From assembly GCA_947593355.1 (NCBI GenBank), contig CANQDO010000002.1:1-59931 (forward strand): 59,931 nt of DNA, read 5' to 3'. The position numbers were made by a program, and so were the translations under genes. Below, piece after piece: positions 1-9,582 of the stretch. Below the pieces are notes generated by a model, which saw only the letters and a list, made by a program, of their open reading frames with translations, did not search any database and was not told where the DNA came from. The stretch comes from an uncultured Clostridia bacterium (lineage in GTDB: Bacteria; Bacillota; Clostridia; TANB77; CAG-508). Within the stretch, counting starts at the first letter, position 1. Every line of letters starts with the position of its first letter.

Positions 1-83
1 AAATAAAATATTAAATAAAGAATATGTTTATAAAATCTATATTAAATAAACCTTATAAACATATTATACGAGGAGAATAACAC

Positions 84-1301
84 ATGAAAAAAAACAATAA
101 CAATGAGAAAACAGATAAAGAAGAAACATTATCCCCCCAATTAAATAAGAAAAAGGTACTCGTAGCAGTAGTCGTAATAATAATAATTATCATAGCAGGA
201 TCACTATTTTTAGCATATTCATTAAACAGAGACTTTAGAAATTTATTAGACAAATATGTATTAATGAAAAATGTAACAGAAAGTAGTTTAAATTCAATAG
301 AATTAGAAGAAAATGCTAACAACTACATATATGCATATGACAAATACATAGCAGTGTTAAATAATGGAAAGCTAACCCATTACAATACATCTGGAGATGA
401 GCAATATTCGCAAACTGTAGAAATAGCCACACCTTTAGTAGACACAAATGGAAAATTTATATTAATAGCAGACAAGAATGGTCAAAAAATATATTTAATA
501 TCAGGGGAAAACAAAATATGGGAAAAAGACCTAGAAGGAAATATATCAAGGGTATGTGTCAATAAAAATGGTTATGTAGCTGTAGTATTAACAGGAACAA
601 TTAATAAATCAGTAATACAGGTGTATGATGCAGATGGAAAAGACTTGTTCAACAATTATCTTTCAACTACAATTGCAATGGATGTAGACATATCATATGA
701 TAATAAATACGTTGCTTATGCAGAAATAAGCACAGAAGGAACACTAGTGCAATCAAGAGTAAAAACAATATCAGTAGAAAAAGCAAAAGACAGTGCATCA
801 AAATCAGAAGCAATAATATATTCATATAATGCGCCAATGGGTAGCTTAATAACAGACATAAAATATGATGAACAAAATAAAATAGTTTGTATGTACTCAA
901 ATGAAAGTATACATGTAATAAAAGAAGATAAAGATGAAGAAATACTAAAATTAAATGAAGAAAATCAAAAAATTAATTTTGGTGGAATAGAAGTAAATCA
1001 AAATGTATACAGAATAATAGAAAAATCAGAGTTATTTAATACTAAAAATTTAGTAGAAATAGTAAATATAAACAGTAAAAGTACAAATATATATATAATA
1101 GACGGAACAGGAACAGTAAGAGACGTATACAGTTATGGGGGAACAATAGCCATAAACTTAGGGTCAGAAGTACACTTTATAGCAACAAACGGCTGGTTAA
1201 TAAAGAAATATACATCAGCACAAGAAATAAAAGATATTGTTATAAGTGACGGCTTTGCAGGAATTATATATAGAAACAAAATAGAAATAATAAACTTGTA
1301 A
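84..1301 (+). CDS. membrane-anchored hypothetical protein (N-terminal TM helix, beta-rich ectodomain)
   Basis: 405-aa uninterrupted ORF. aggag RBS upstream of the ATG. Lys-rich N-terminus then hydrophobic helix VLVAVVVIIIIIIAGSLFLAY. No catalytic motif recognised. Confidence 0.55.
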   Translation: MKKNNNNEKTDKEETLSPQLNKKKVLVAVVVIIIIIIAGSLFLAYSLNRDFRNLLDKYVLMKNVTESSLNSIELEENANNYIYAYDKYIAVLNNGKLTHYNTSGDEQYSQTVEIATPLVDTNGKFILIADKNGQKIYLISGENKIWEKDLEGNISRVCVNKNGYVAVVLTGTINKSVIQVYDADGKDLFNNYLSTTIAMDVDISYDNKYVAYAEISTEGTLVQSRVKTISVEKAKDSASKSEAIIYSYNAPMGSLITDIKYDEQNKIVCMYSNESIHVIKEDKDEEILKLNEENQKINFGGIEVNQNVYRIIEKSELFNTKNLVEIVNINSKSTNIYIIDGTGTVRDVYSYGGTIAINLGSEVHFIATNGWLIKKYTSAQEIKDIVISDGFAGIIYRNKIEIINL

Positions 1302-1319
1302 AAAATAGGAGGAAGGAAA

Positions 1320-1979
1320 ATGTCAATAATAATTGATTTAATAATAGTAGGAATAATTGCTTTATGCGTGGTATTTGGGTATAAAAAAGGTTTAACAGGG
1401 TCAATATTAAAAATAATATCATTCATATTAGCATTAGTAATAGCATTTATATTTTATAAACCGGTAGCAAATTATGTAATAGAAAACACAGAGTGGGACA
1501 ATAACATAGAAAAATCAATAATAGAAATGTTAGAAGGAGAAGTACAAGAAAAAGGAAAAATAGATGAAGAAAGTACGAATTTACCAGACATAATAGTAAA
1601 CTACATAAATGAAGCATTAGAGCAAACAGTAGGAAAAACGCAAACAGAAATATTACAAGAAACAGCAGTAGGAATATCAACAACAATAATAAATGCAGGA
1701 TCATTCATAGCAGTATTAATAATAGCAAGAATACTATTAATAGTAATAAGGCTATTTGCAAAATTTATTACAGACTTACCAATAATAAAACAAGTAGACA
1801 AAACAGGAGGAATAATTTATGGAATAATAGAAGGTCTAGTAATAATTTGGGTAATAATATCAATCATATCATTTGTAAGTCCTGTAATGGAAGGCTCAGG
1901 AATAGTAGAAGCCATCAACAAATCATTCTTAGGAGGAATATTATACAACAACAACTTACTACTAAAAATAATACTTTAA
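1320..1979 (+). CDS. CvpA-family membrane protein
   Basis: 219-aa ORF with ggagg RBS. Starts MSIIIDLIIVGIIALCVVFGYKKGL and has several TM helices, the typical CvpA (colicin V production) family layout. Confidence 0.7.
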   Translation: MSIIIDLIIVGIIALCVVFGYKKGLTGSILKIISFILALVIAFIFYKPVANYVIENTEWDNNIEKSIIEMLEGEVQEKGKIDEESTNLPDIIVNYINEALEQTVGKTQTEILQETAVGISTTIINAGSFIAVLIIARILLIVIRLFAKFITDLPIIKQVDKTGGIIYGIIEGLVIIWVIISIISFVSPVMEGSGIVEAINKSFLGGILYNNNLLLKIIL

Positions 1980-2063
1980 AAAAACAAAGAATAATAATTT
2001 AGTACAAATAATTGATATTTATCAAACAATTTGATATAATTTGAAACAAAAGAAAAAGTAGGA

Positions 2064-3431
2064 GTGAAAAAATTGGGAAAAGAAGATATAAACAAAAAAG
2101 AAAAACCAAAAAAGAAAAAGAAAAAAAGAAGCAAATTCAATAGAATAATAAGAAAAATATTATTACTTATATTAATCGTATTAATAGGCTTTGCAATATG
2201 GTTTACATGTAGAGTAATAGAAAATGGAGGAGGGCTAAAAGGATTCTTAGCTGCAGCAGTAGGCCACGACAAAGAAACACTAAAAAACCTAGACAGGATA
2301 AACGTATTAGTAATGGGTGAAAGTGGAGTAGGAGATGGCTACAAATTAGCAGACACAATAATGGTAGTATCATACAACCCTAAAAATCAACAAGCAGGGT
2401 TATTATCAATACCAAGAGATACATATGTAGGAAGCAGAGATAAAAGCACAGCCACCCAAAACTATTTAGCAAGTTATAAAATAAATGCAGCATATAGAAA
2501 TGGGACAAACATTCCCGAAACAGTACAATTAGTAAAAAACTTATTAGGAATAGACCTACAATATTATTTAATATTAGACACCGAAGCGGTAGTAAAACTA
2601 GTAGATGCAATGGGAGGGGTAACATTTAATGTACCAATAGACATGAAATATGATGATTCAACCCAAAACTTGCACATAGACTTAAAAGCAGGTGAGCAAC
2701 TATTAAATGGAGCACAAGCAGAGCAACTATTACGTTTTAGGCATAACAATGACATGACATCATATCCTTCATCATATGGAGATAATGATATAGGAAGAAT
2801 GAGAACACAAAGAGAATTTATAGAAGTAGCAATGAAGCAACTATTAAGGGTAGAAAACTTATTTAAAATATCAGAATTAATAGACATAGCATTTAATAAT
2901 ATAAACACAAACTTAAGTATAGACACAATAAAAGACTATGTACCATATGTTGTAGAATTCAATCCATCAGACTTAAAAACAGGAACGCTACCAGGTGCAT
3001 CAGAACAATGCAATGGAATATGGATTTACACATATAACAAAACACAAACAGCAACAATGGTAAAATCATTATTTGAAGATGAAGAGCCAATAACAGACGA
3101 AGAAGTAGCAGGAACCTTAACAGAAGGGGAAAGTCAAGAAAATCCAGAAGAAACAAAAACAAAAGCAAAAATAGAAATACTAAATGGAACAGGAAGCACA
3201 AGCACATTAAAGAAAGCTGCAGAAGCATTAAAAGAAGCAGGTTTCGACGTAACAAAAACAGGTAAATCATCAACAGCATCAAGAACAACAATAATAAACA
3301 GAACAGCAAAATCAGAAAGCATAACAGAAGACATAAAAGATATATTAGGAGTAGGAACAGCATCAAGTGGGGAAGACAATGCAAATGTAGACTATACAAT
3401 AATACTAGGAAAAGACTACGTAGGAAAATAA
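2064..3431 (+). CDS. LCP (LytR-CpsA-Psr) family cell-wall polymer ligase with C-terminal LytR_C-like domain
   Basis: GTG start after aggag. Basic N-terminus plus TM helix. Core INVLVMGESG...LADTIMVVSYNP...LLSIPRDTYV matches the LCP signature. Confidence 0.8.
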   Translation: MKKLGKEDINKKEKPKKKKKKRSKFNRIIRKILLLILIVLIGFAIWFTCRVIENGGGLKGFLAAAVGHDKETLKNLDRINVLVMGESGVGDGYKLADTIMVVSYNPKNQQAGLLSIPRDTYVGSRDKSTATQNYLASYKINAAYRNGTNIPETVQLVKNLLGIDLQYYLILDTEAVVKLVDAMGGVTFNVPIDMKYDDSTQNLHIDLKAGEQLLNGAQAEQLLRFRHNNDMTSYPSSYGDNDIGRMRTQREFIEVAMKQLLRVENLFKISELIDIAFNNINTNLSIDTIKDYVPYVVEFNPSDLKTGTLPGASEQCNGIWIYTYNKTQTATMVKSLFEDEEPITDEEVAGTLTEGESQENPEETKTKAKIEILNGTGSTSTLKKAAEALKEAGFDVTKTGKSSTASRTTIINRTAKSESITEDIKDILGVGTASSGEDNANVDYTIILGKDYVGK

Positions 3432-3477
3432 GAGGTAAACAAAATTTAAACCAAAATATAATAAAAAGAGGATAAAC

Positions 3478-3521
3478 AAAAAAGGGCTAATGATAGAAAA
3501 ACTATCATCATGCCCTTTTTT
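3478..3521. terminator. bidirectional rho-independent terminator between convergent genes
   Basis: GC-anchored inverted repeat gggctaatgatag / ctatcatcatgccc, flanked by an A-run and a T-run. Confidence 0.6.
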
Positions 3522-3531
3522 AATTATAAAA

Positions 3532-4872
3532 TTACTCCTCAACATCTTCAAAATTAGGTTTAGTTTTCTTACGAATAGCCATATATACAACAAACAAAAT
3601 AAGTATAACAAAAACAATTCCAATGCACACATAAAAATCTCTAGAAACTTCCACATTAGAACCAGCCAATAATTCAGAAGAATACAATTTTCCATCAACA
3701 ACATAAGAAACCTTACCAACAACATCATACATTTTAATAGGAGCACCCAAAATAGGGTTAATATCAACAATAGGATGAAGGCTTTCAATATCAACAGAAT
3801 TACTCATATAAGCAGAAATATCAGACTTAATAAGAACATCTAAATTTTTAGTATCAGCACTACCATTAAAAATAGAAATTTGTTTCAAAACAGTACTAGC
3901 AGTCTTTATAGTTCTAACCGAAAAATTATTAAAAGCATAATCGAAAAGAGCTTTACAATCTACATATCTAGAATCCAAGCCATCAGGCATATCATCTCCC
4001 TTTAAAACAACCGCAATATACTCAATACCATCTTTTTTGCTACTTGCAACAATGCAATTACCAGCAGGGTCAGTATAGCCAGTTTTAATACCAGTACAAT
4101 ACTCATAATAATAATTCAAAGTAGGTCTAGGGTTATGCAAAAGCAAATTAGAATTAAAAAAGCTTCTATCATCAGCAGGGTGCAAATTAGTAGCAGGGAG
4201 CTTATAACTCGTAGTACTAACAATACTTCTAAATTTAGCATTTTGCATAGCATATCTACCAATTAACGCCAAATCATAAGCACAAGAAAAATGATCCAAA
4301 TAACTTTTACCACTACTATCCTCATAATGAATACCATTAGGGTTAACAAAATGGGTATTAATACAACCAAGCTCATTTGCCTTATCATTCATCATGGAAG
4401 CAAAATTCTCTACGGAACCGCCAACAAATTCAGCAAGAACAACAGCAGCATCATTAGCAGAAGGAAGAAGCAATAAATACAACAACTGCTCAACAGTTAA
4501 TTGCTCTCCAACTTGTAAATTAGCAGTAGAATAACTATAAGGAATAGACTCCACAGCATTTTTGCTAACCGTTGCAACATCACTCAAATTACACTTTTCC
4601 AAAGTCAAAATAGCAGTCATTATTTTAGTAGTACTAGCAGGAAACATTTTCTTCTTCGAATTTTTATCATATAAAATTTTCCCAGAATCACAATTAATTA
4701 AAATACAAGCCTCAGAAAAAGTTTGAATCTCATCATCCCTTTTTGTCCAATCAAAATCAGACAAAGTAAATTTATCAGAAGCCGTTTCAGGTGTTTGCAC
4801 ATTAGCAGAAACAAATGAAAAATTTATAATAAAAAAGCATACAAAAATACACTTAGCAAATTTTTTAATCAT
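3532..4872 (-). CDS. serine-type D-alanyl-D-alanine carboxypeptidase (PBP5/DacF-like)
   Basis: 446-aa ORF with signal peptide. Has SxxK (ASTTKIM), SxN (PSANDAA) and KTG (IKTGYT) motifs, plus a C-terminal TM anchor. Confidence 0.85.
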   Translation of the reverse strand: MIKKFAKCIFVCFFIINFSFVSANVQTPETASDKFTLSDFDWTKRDDEIQTFSEACILINCDSGKILYDKNSKKKMFPASTTKIMTAILTLEKCNLSDVATVSKNAVESIPYSYSTANLQVGEQLTVEQLLYLLLLPSANDAAVVLAEFVGGSVENFASMMNDKANELGCINTHFVNPNGIHYEDSSGKSYLDHFSCAYDLALIGRYAMQNAKFRSIVSTTSYKLPATNLHPADDRSFFNSNLLLHNPRPTLNYYYEYCTGIKTGYTDPAGNCIVASSKKDGIEYIAVVLKGDDMPDGLDSRYVDCKALFDYAFNNFSVRTIKTASTVLKQISIFNGSADTKNLDVLIKSDISAYMSNSVDIESLHPIVDINPILGAPIKMYDVVGKVSYVVDGKLYSSELLAGSNVEVSRDFYVCIGIVFVILILFVVYMAIRKKTKPNFEDVEE

Positions 4873-5025
4873 ACAAAAACTCGTTCCTCTCTTGTTTTAC
4901 AAAAATAAACATATCGTAAAAATATATGTACTAATAATATCTTAATACTAAATAAAATTCAATACCCAAATAAAGGTTTATAGATAAATCCTTAAAATCT
5001 AAATATAAAAAAAGGAAGAAGAAAA

Positions 5026-5787
5026 ATGAACATAGAAGAATTAATAAAAAAAGCAAGCAAAAGAAAAATAATATTAATAATATCAATTATAACCATAACA
5101 GCTATAATTATATATATTATAACAACAAACAATTTAGAAGAAGAAATTTTAATAAGTGAACTTAATGAAAATAATAGTGCTTTAAACAATATAGAAGAAA
5201 CAAACATAAACGAAAATAACTTAAGCAACAATAGTACAAACGGAACCAACTTAAGCACAAATGATATAAACGAAAATAAACAAAACAATAAACAAGAAAA
5301 AAACAAAATCATCATACACGTAGCAGGAGCAGTAGTAAAAAATGGAATAGTAGAAATAGAAGAAGGGCAAAGAATAATAGATGCAATAGAAAAAGCAGGA
5401 GGAGCAACAGCACAAGCAGACTTATCAAAAATAAATCTAGCATATGTACTTTCAGACGGGCAAAAAATATACATACCAAAAATAAACGAAAATTACACAG
5501 GCGAATATGTAACAGGTGCAAGTAGTAATGAAGAAAAAAATAGTACTAGTACAAGCAATACTAGCACTAGTGCAAACAAAAGCGAAACAAACAAAATAAT
5601 AAACATAAATACAGCAAGTGCAGAAGAACTACAAAACCTGCAAGGAATAGGAGAATCAATAGCAAAAAGAATAGTAGAATACAGAAAAGAAAACGGAAAA
5701 TTCAATAACATAGAAGACATAAAAAATGTTAGTGGAATAGGAGAAGCCAAATACAATAAAATAAAAAACAATATTTGTGTAAAATAG
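5026..5787 (+). CDS. comEA: ComEA-type competence DNA receptor (SLBB domain plus tandem helix-hairpin-helix)
   Basis: N-terminal TM helix, low-complexity linker, IIIHVAGAVVKNGIVEIEEGQRIIDAIEKAGG (SLBB), and C-terminal INTASAEELQNLQGIGESIAKRIVEYR...VSGIGEAKYNKIK (HhH). Confidence 0.8.
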   Translation: MNIEELIKKASKRKIILIISIITITAIIIYIITTNNLEEEILISELNENNSALNNIEETNINENNLSNNSTNGTNLSTNDINENKQNNKQEKNKIIIHVAGAVVKNGIVEIEEGQRIIDAIEKAGGATAQADLSKINLAYVLSDGQKIYIPKINENYTGEYVTGASSNEEKNSTSTSNTSTSANKSETNKIININTASAEELQNLQGIGESIAKRIVEYRKENGKFNNIEDIKNVSGIGEAKYNKIKNNICVK

Positions 5788-5935
5788 AAGTGTAATAAAA
5801 GGAGTTAGAATAATAAATTAATAAACTTCGGTTTACATTTTACATAATATATGTTATAATACTTATGTTACAAATTTAATTTGTTTTGACATATTTTGCA
5901 AAACGTACAAAAATAATTTTTCAGGAGGACATATT

Positions 5936-6658
5936 ATGGCAACTAAAAACAAGTATTTAGTAGGATTAATCTTTTGCTTTTTAGCTTTTGTAGGAAGTTG
6001 TGCAAAATTTTGTAAATCAACACACTCTATAGTTAATGTAATAATTCTTTTTGTTATCTTAGTTTTAATTTTGGTGGTTGCAGGTTTTTGCTTTATCAAG
6101 TACAGGGAATTGGCATCAATAGATTTATATGCTGAGCGGAAAGCTAAAATTTCAGATTTAGAAGATCAGTACAACTTATTTCTTTTCGTTGTAGATTCTA
6201 TTATCGAAACTGATGTTAAGAATCTTTTATACGAAATAAATGAGCCTGGTCGACCTATTATGAAAGCAACTGTTCATAAGCATAATTATTTAATTACTTT
6301 TGAACAAATTCTTAATGATGTTAGCCAACAATCAGCATTTGTAGAGCCGGATGAGTTTTTAACGGCCTCATGTTTGATGTATAGCCTTTTAAGCGATCTT
6401 ACTGTTAAAGTTAAAGATTCTCACACCAAAAGGATTAGTTTATCCAACAAATTAAAAGCAACTATTGCTTTCGACTGTGCCTTGGAGGTTGTTCTTAACA
6501 CAGCAAATGTTACAAACGGCATTTCTTTAGAGCAAATAAAAGATATGCCAATATATGATAACATTGTTTGTACACTTATTAAAGATTATTGCGTATCTGG
6601 TATTATGTATGTATCGCAATTTGCAAATTTGCTTTATTTGCTAGTATGTCAAAACTAA
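5936..6658 (+). CDS. hypothetical membrane protein (two N-terminal TM helices)
   Basis: 240-aa ORF with ggagg RBS. Somewhat GC-richer than its neighbours. Contains an in-frame CGG (6137..6139) that is read without any frame change. Confidence 0.5.
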   Translation: MATKNKYLVGLIFCFLAFVGSCAKFCKSTHSIVNVIILFVILVLILVVAGFCFIKYRELASIDLYAERKAKISDLEDQYNLFLFVVDSIIETDVKNLLYEINEPGRPIMKATVHKHNYLITFEQILNDVSQQSAFVEPDEFLTASCLMYSLLSDLTVKVKDSHTKRISLSNKLKATIAFDCALEVVLNTANVTNGISLEQIKDMPIYDNIVCTLIKDYCVSGIMYVSQFANLLYLLVCQN

Positions 6659-6685
6659 AGTACTTATGTATAAGTACTTGATATG

Positions 6686-6716
6686 CCGAATGTTATTTAT
6701 ATAACATTCGGTTTTT
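6686..6716 (+). terminator. rho-independent terminator
   Basis: ccgaatgttat / ataacattcgg stem followed by ttttt. Confidence 0.65.
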
Positions 6717-6768
6717 CTATAAATTTTTTATATTTTTAGGAATATTTTGTAAAAATGTGAATATAATA

Positions 6769-6798
6769 TTGACAACAGTGCACTTTGAGATGTATAAT
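6769..6798 (+). promoter_or_regulatory. sigma-A type promoter of the (now split) chromosomal tRNA gene
   Basis: TTGACA (6769..6774), 18-nt spacer, TG-extended TATAAT (6791..6798). Lies about 17 nt upstream of the tRNA 5' end. Confidence 0.55.
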
Positions 6799-6814
6799 TA
6801 AAATTGTTATATAT

Positions 6815-6852
6815 CGCGGGGTGGAGCAGTTGGCAGCTCGTTGGGCTCATAA
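6815..6852 (+). pseudogene. 5' half of a chromosomal initiator-type tRNA-Met(CAT) gene, truncated after the anticodon loop (attL side)
   Basis: cgcggggtggagcagttggcagctcgttgggctcataa gives the acceptor 5' strand, D arm, anticodon stem 5' strand and loop with CAT at 6848..6850. The sequence after 6852 has no anticodon-stem complement or T arm. Confidence 0.85.
6838..6852 (+). repeat. attL core: 15-bp direct repeat tcgttgggctcataa shared with 58631..58645
   Basis: Exact 15/15 identity with the attR copy. The flanking bases differ on both sides. Confidence 0.85.
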
Positions 6853-6993
6853 AACAATTTTACTTCAAGTTGTCACAAAGTCCACAATCGTTGATACAGC
6901 TAAAAAATGTTGAAATTTCAATACTTTGCCCATTGTTTAATTAATCCTTTTATACTTATTTAAGGTTAATAAAATTTAATAAAAATTATTTGA

Positions 6994-7015
6994 TAAAGGG
7001 ACATTAAAGGGACAT
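6994..7015 (+). repeat. tandem 11-mer taaagggacatt-aaagggacat; candidate arm-type integrase binding site (left arm)
   Basis: The 22-nt string is identical to 58511..58532 in the same orientation, about 140 bp inside attL. Confidence 0.6.
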
Positions 7016-7042
7016 AAAAATTTAGCATTTAACTTTATATAT

Positions 7043-7118
7043 CGCGGGATGGAGCAGTTGGCAGCTCGCAGGGCTCATAACCCTGAGGTCGGAGGTTCGA
7101 GTCCTCCTCCCGCAACCA
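7043..7118 (+). tRNA. element-borne complete initiator-type tRNA-Met (anticodon CAT)
   Basis: 76-nt cloverleaf folded by hand. Has the C1:A72 mismatch, G29-G31:C39-C41 in the anticodon stem, CAT at 7076..7078, T loop ttcgagt and encoded CCA. It differs from the split host copy by compensated stem changes. Confidence 0.85.
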
Positions 7119-7122
7119 ATTC

Positions 7123-7156
7123 GAGGTTTTACTAGCAATAGTAAAATCTCTTTTTT
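7123..7156 (+). terminator. rho-independent terminator after the element tRNA
   Basis: gaggttttacta / tagtaaaatctc stem followed by tttttt. Confidence 0.6.
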
Positions 7157-7177
7157 AATATGTTTAAGGAGGTAAAA

Positions 7178-7867
7178 ATGAATGAAGAAAATCAAATTAG
7201 TTATTATTCAGTTATACCTGCAACCGTTAGATATAATGAGGAATTGAAAGCATCTGAAAAGCTATTATATGGTGAAATTACATCATTAACTAATAAGATG
7301 GGATATTGTTTTGCAACTAATAAGCACTTCTCAAACTTATATCATGTAGATCCTCATACGGTATCTCGTTGGATTTCTCATCTGGAGAAATTAGGATATA
7401 TTCGCATAGAACTAATAAGAAACGATAATAAAGAAATTATAGAAAGAAGAATATATATACAAGATACCCCCTATGTACAAAAAAATACATACCCCTATAC
7501 ATATAAAAGTACATACCCTATGTATAAAAATATACAAGATAATAATATAAAGATTAATATAGATGATTTATTTTATTTGATAAAGAATGGTAGCCATCAA
7601 ATTTCGGATAATTTTTATTCTATTTTAAACAGATTAGAATTTATTTATACAGATAAAATGCTCTCGCATATGCAATTTGATAAGATTTCAATGTTAAAAG
7701 AAATAATTTATGTTTTATATGATATATACAATAGTAATTTCCACTCTCTACTTTCTAAAACAAGTAGAGAGTGTTTATTAAATTTATACAATTTAGCTAA
7801 AATGCATAATCCCAATGATTTATTAAACTATTATAAAAAGATGATTATCAATACCTATAGAAGTTAG
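7178..7867 (+). CDS. HTH protein resembling RepA_N-type replication initiators
   Basis: aaggagg RBS. YYSVIPATVRYNEELKASEKLLYGEITSLTNKMGYCFATNKHFSNLYHVDPHTVSRWISHLEKLGYIRIE resembles the RepA_N / winged-HTH pattern. Family assignment is from memory. Confidence 0.5.
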   Translation: MNEENQISYYSVIPATVRYNEELKASEKLLYGEITSLTNKMGYCFATNKHFSNLYHVDPHTVSRWISHLEKLGYIRIELIRNDNKEIIERRIYIQDTPYVQKNTYPYTYKSTYPMYKNIQDNNIKINIDDLFYLIKNGSHQISDNFYSILNRLEFIYTDKMLSHMQFDKISMLKEIIYVLYDIYNSNFHSLLSKTSRECLLNLYNLAKMHNPNDLLNYYKKMIINTYRS

Positions 7868-7880
7868 AAGGAGCTTTCAT

Positions 7881-8129
7881 ATGACAAATTATTATATAGA
7901 TAATTTTGAAAACATTGTATCTTCCATCTTTTTTGTAAGTTTTAAGGTAATTGCCATCTTACTAATAATTTTACTTATATTATCTTTAATATTACTTGCA
8001 ATAGGATGTTTGATAAAATCACAAAAGATAAAATCTAAATTCTTAATGACTGTACCACTTTTATTGCTAGTAAATATATTTTTTCTAGCCCTCCCTTTAC
8101 TTTTTGTGTACCTTAAGAATTTGATTTAA
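7881..8129 (+). CDS. small two-TM membrane protein
   Basis: 82-aa ORF with ggag RBS and two long hydrophobic helices. Confidence 0.5.
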   Translation: MTNYYIDNFENIVSSIFFVSFKVIAILLIILLILSLILLAIGCLIKSQKIKSKFLMTVPLLLLVNIFFLALPLLFVYLKNLI

Positions 8130-8190
8130 TATTTTATAGCACTTCTTTATAATTTGCCCTTTTAGAAATTATAAAAGGAGTGATATCGTT

Positions 8191-8571
8191 ATGAGTTCAT
8201 CAAGAAGAAGAAATGAAACATTACCAATTTCTTCAAAACTTATACCTATTATTACAGTACTTGCATTAAAAACAAATGAATGTCTTGCAAGTGGAATAGG
8301 TACTGCAGAAGTACAAACTGCAACAGATAACATTAAAAGGGTTATCACAAGTATTGCTATGCCTTTAGGAGGTGTATTAATTTTTGCTAGTATTGTTATT
8401 GCCGCAATAAAAATGATTGCAAATGCCAATAATCCTCAAAAGCGTTCTGAAAGTATAGGAAGTTTAGCTTGGATTTGTGGGGGTGGTGTTATTTTAGGTG
8501 CATCTCTAATAATTGCAGGTATTATAATTAATATTGCAACAAATAATTCAGGTAACCTATTGGGTAGTTAG
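8191..8571 (+). CDS. VirB2/TrbC-like small membrane (pilin-like) T4SS protein
   Basis: 126 aa with a signal-like N-terminus ending LASG, then two hydrophobic helices separated by a short basic loop (NNPQKRSES). Sits immediately upstream of the PrgI/VirB3-like gene. Confidence 0.5.
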   Translation: MSSSRRRNETLPISSKLIPIITVLALKTNECLASGIGTAEVQTATDNIKRVITSIAMPLGGVLIFASIVIAAIKMIANANNPQKRSESIGSLAWICGGGVILGASLIIAGIIINIATNNSGNLLGS

Positions 8572-8581
8572 GAGGCAATAT

Positions 8582-8875
8582 ATGAAAGTTTTTAAAATTC
8601 CTTTTGATGTAAAAAGAGAAGAAAAAATATTCGGTGGCTATTTAAGTTTAAGGCAAGTGTTATATTTAATGCTTTCCTGTTCTAGTCTTATATTATTAGT
8701 TACACCTTTACCCCATTTAGTAATTTTTCTATTAATAGGGTTAATATCTACTTTCTTTTTGTTATGTGCCTTTCTAAAAATTAATGCGCAGAACTTTGAT
8801 AAGTTCTTTTTTTATGCTCTTAAATACTTATTTCGCAAGAAAAACTACATATATGAGAGGTGTAACAAATGTTAA
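8582..8875 (+). CDS. PrgI-family (VirB3-like) T4SS membrane protein
   Basis: ATG at 8582 after aggagg. MKVFKIPFDVKREEKIFGGYLSLRQVLYLM matches the PrgI-family N-terminal motif, followed by two TM helices. Confidence 0.65.
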   Translation: MKVFKIPFDVKREEKIFGGYLSLRQVLYLMLSCSSLILLVTPLPHLVIFLLIGLISTFFLLCAFLKINAQNFDKFFFYALKYLFRKKNYIYERCNKC

Positions 8876-9582
8876 TTATGATTATATTTTTAGTATTAAG
8901 TTTATTACTCATAATCGCAACGGTTATTTATATTAATAAGAAGAAAAGTAATGCAAATACTAATATGTCTAATAAAGAAACTAAAGAAAGAAGAAAAAAT
9001 AGAAAGTATTTATCTAATATATTAGAAATAAAAATTAAAGATAATATTATTTGTCTAGGAAATAGATATTCTATTATTTTAAAGTTAGGAAACTTAGACT
9101 ACAATATGTTGTCGGAAAGTGAACAAGATTCTGTAGAAAATGTATTAGTACAAACTTCTCTATCAATAGATTATCCTGTTCAATTTTTTTCTACAACAGA
9201 ATTTATTGATACAAGTAAAGTGATTTCATTAATTAAACAAAATAATGTAAATAGTATTCCTTTACGTAACTATCAAGATGCTCTAATTAAATATTTAGAG
9301 AATTTAATGGAAAATAGAACAATTTCCGTTGTAAAAAATTATTGCATTATAAGCTTTGATGGGTTATATGAAAATGCTATAGATGAATTAATTAGAAAAG
9401 CAACATCTTTTAAATTGAACTTATTAAGAGCAAAAATTCAATGTGAGATACTAAATGAAGATGAATTATATAATTTAATTTATAGAGAATTAAATAAAAA
9501 TTCTTCTATTAATATTAATCTTTTAAAAGAAGGAGGAAAAAACTTATATGTTGGGAAAAAACAAAAGGCAAAGGCAAAATAA
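8869..9582 (+). CDS. T4SS-associated membrane-anchored protein (function unknown)
   Basis: 237-aa ORF with N-terminal TM helix. It overlaps the VirB4 start by 35 nt, and that start has its own strong RBS. Confidence 0.45.
   Translation: MLIMIIFLVLSLLLIIATVIYINKKKSNANTNMSNKETKERRKNRKYLSNILEIKIKDNIICLGNRYSIILKLGNLDYNMLSESEQDSVENVLVQTSLSIDYPVQFFSTTEFIDTSKVISLIKQNNVNSIPLRNYQDALIKYLENLMENRTISVVKNYCIISFDGLYENAIDELIRKATSFKLNLLRAKIQCEILNEDELYNLIYRELNKNSSININLLKEGGKNLYVGKKQKAKAK

Noticed and set aside
53-5771. Numerous antisense or overlapping track ORFs in the chromosomal flank. Examples: 53..322, 667..900, 1133..1426, 1447..1704, 1976..2272, 2380..2926, 2959..3399, 3405..3794, 4992..5474, 5312..5771.
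   Set aside because: They lie opposite or inside well-supported genes and lack RBSs. They encode low-complexity Leu/Phe/Ile strings, as expected from stop-poor antisense frames of AT-rich, purine-skewed coding DNA.
6853-6910. An attempt to complete the left tRNA half with element DNA, as in classical tRNA-regenerating integration.
   Set aside because: The sequence after the loop (aacaattttacttcaagttgtc...) pairs at only 3 of 5 anticodon-stem positions. It has no GTTCRA T-loop and no acceptor 3' strand.
9548-9582. The 35-nt overlap between ORF 8869..9582 and the VirB4 start, considered as a possible twelfth frameshift.
   Set aside because: There is no CGG in the overlap. The 9548 ATG has its own aggagg RBS, and the sequence after it matches a normal VirB4 N-terminus. 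This is most simply two overlapping genes.
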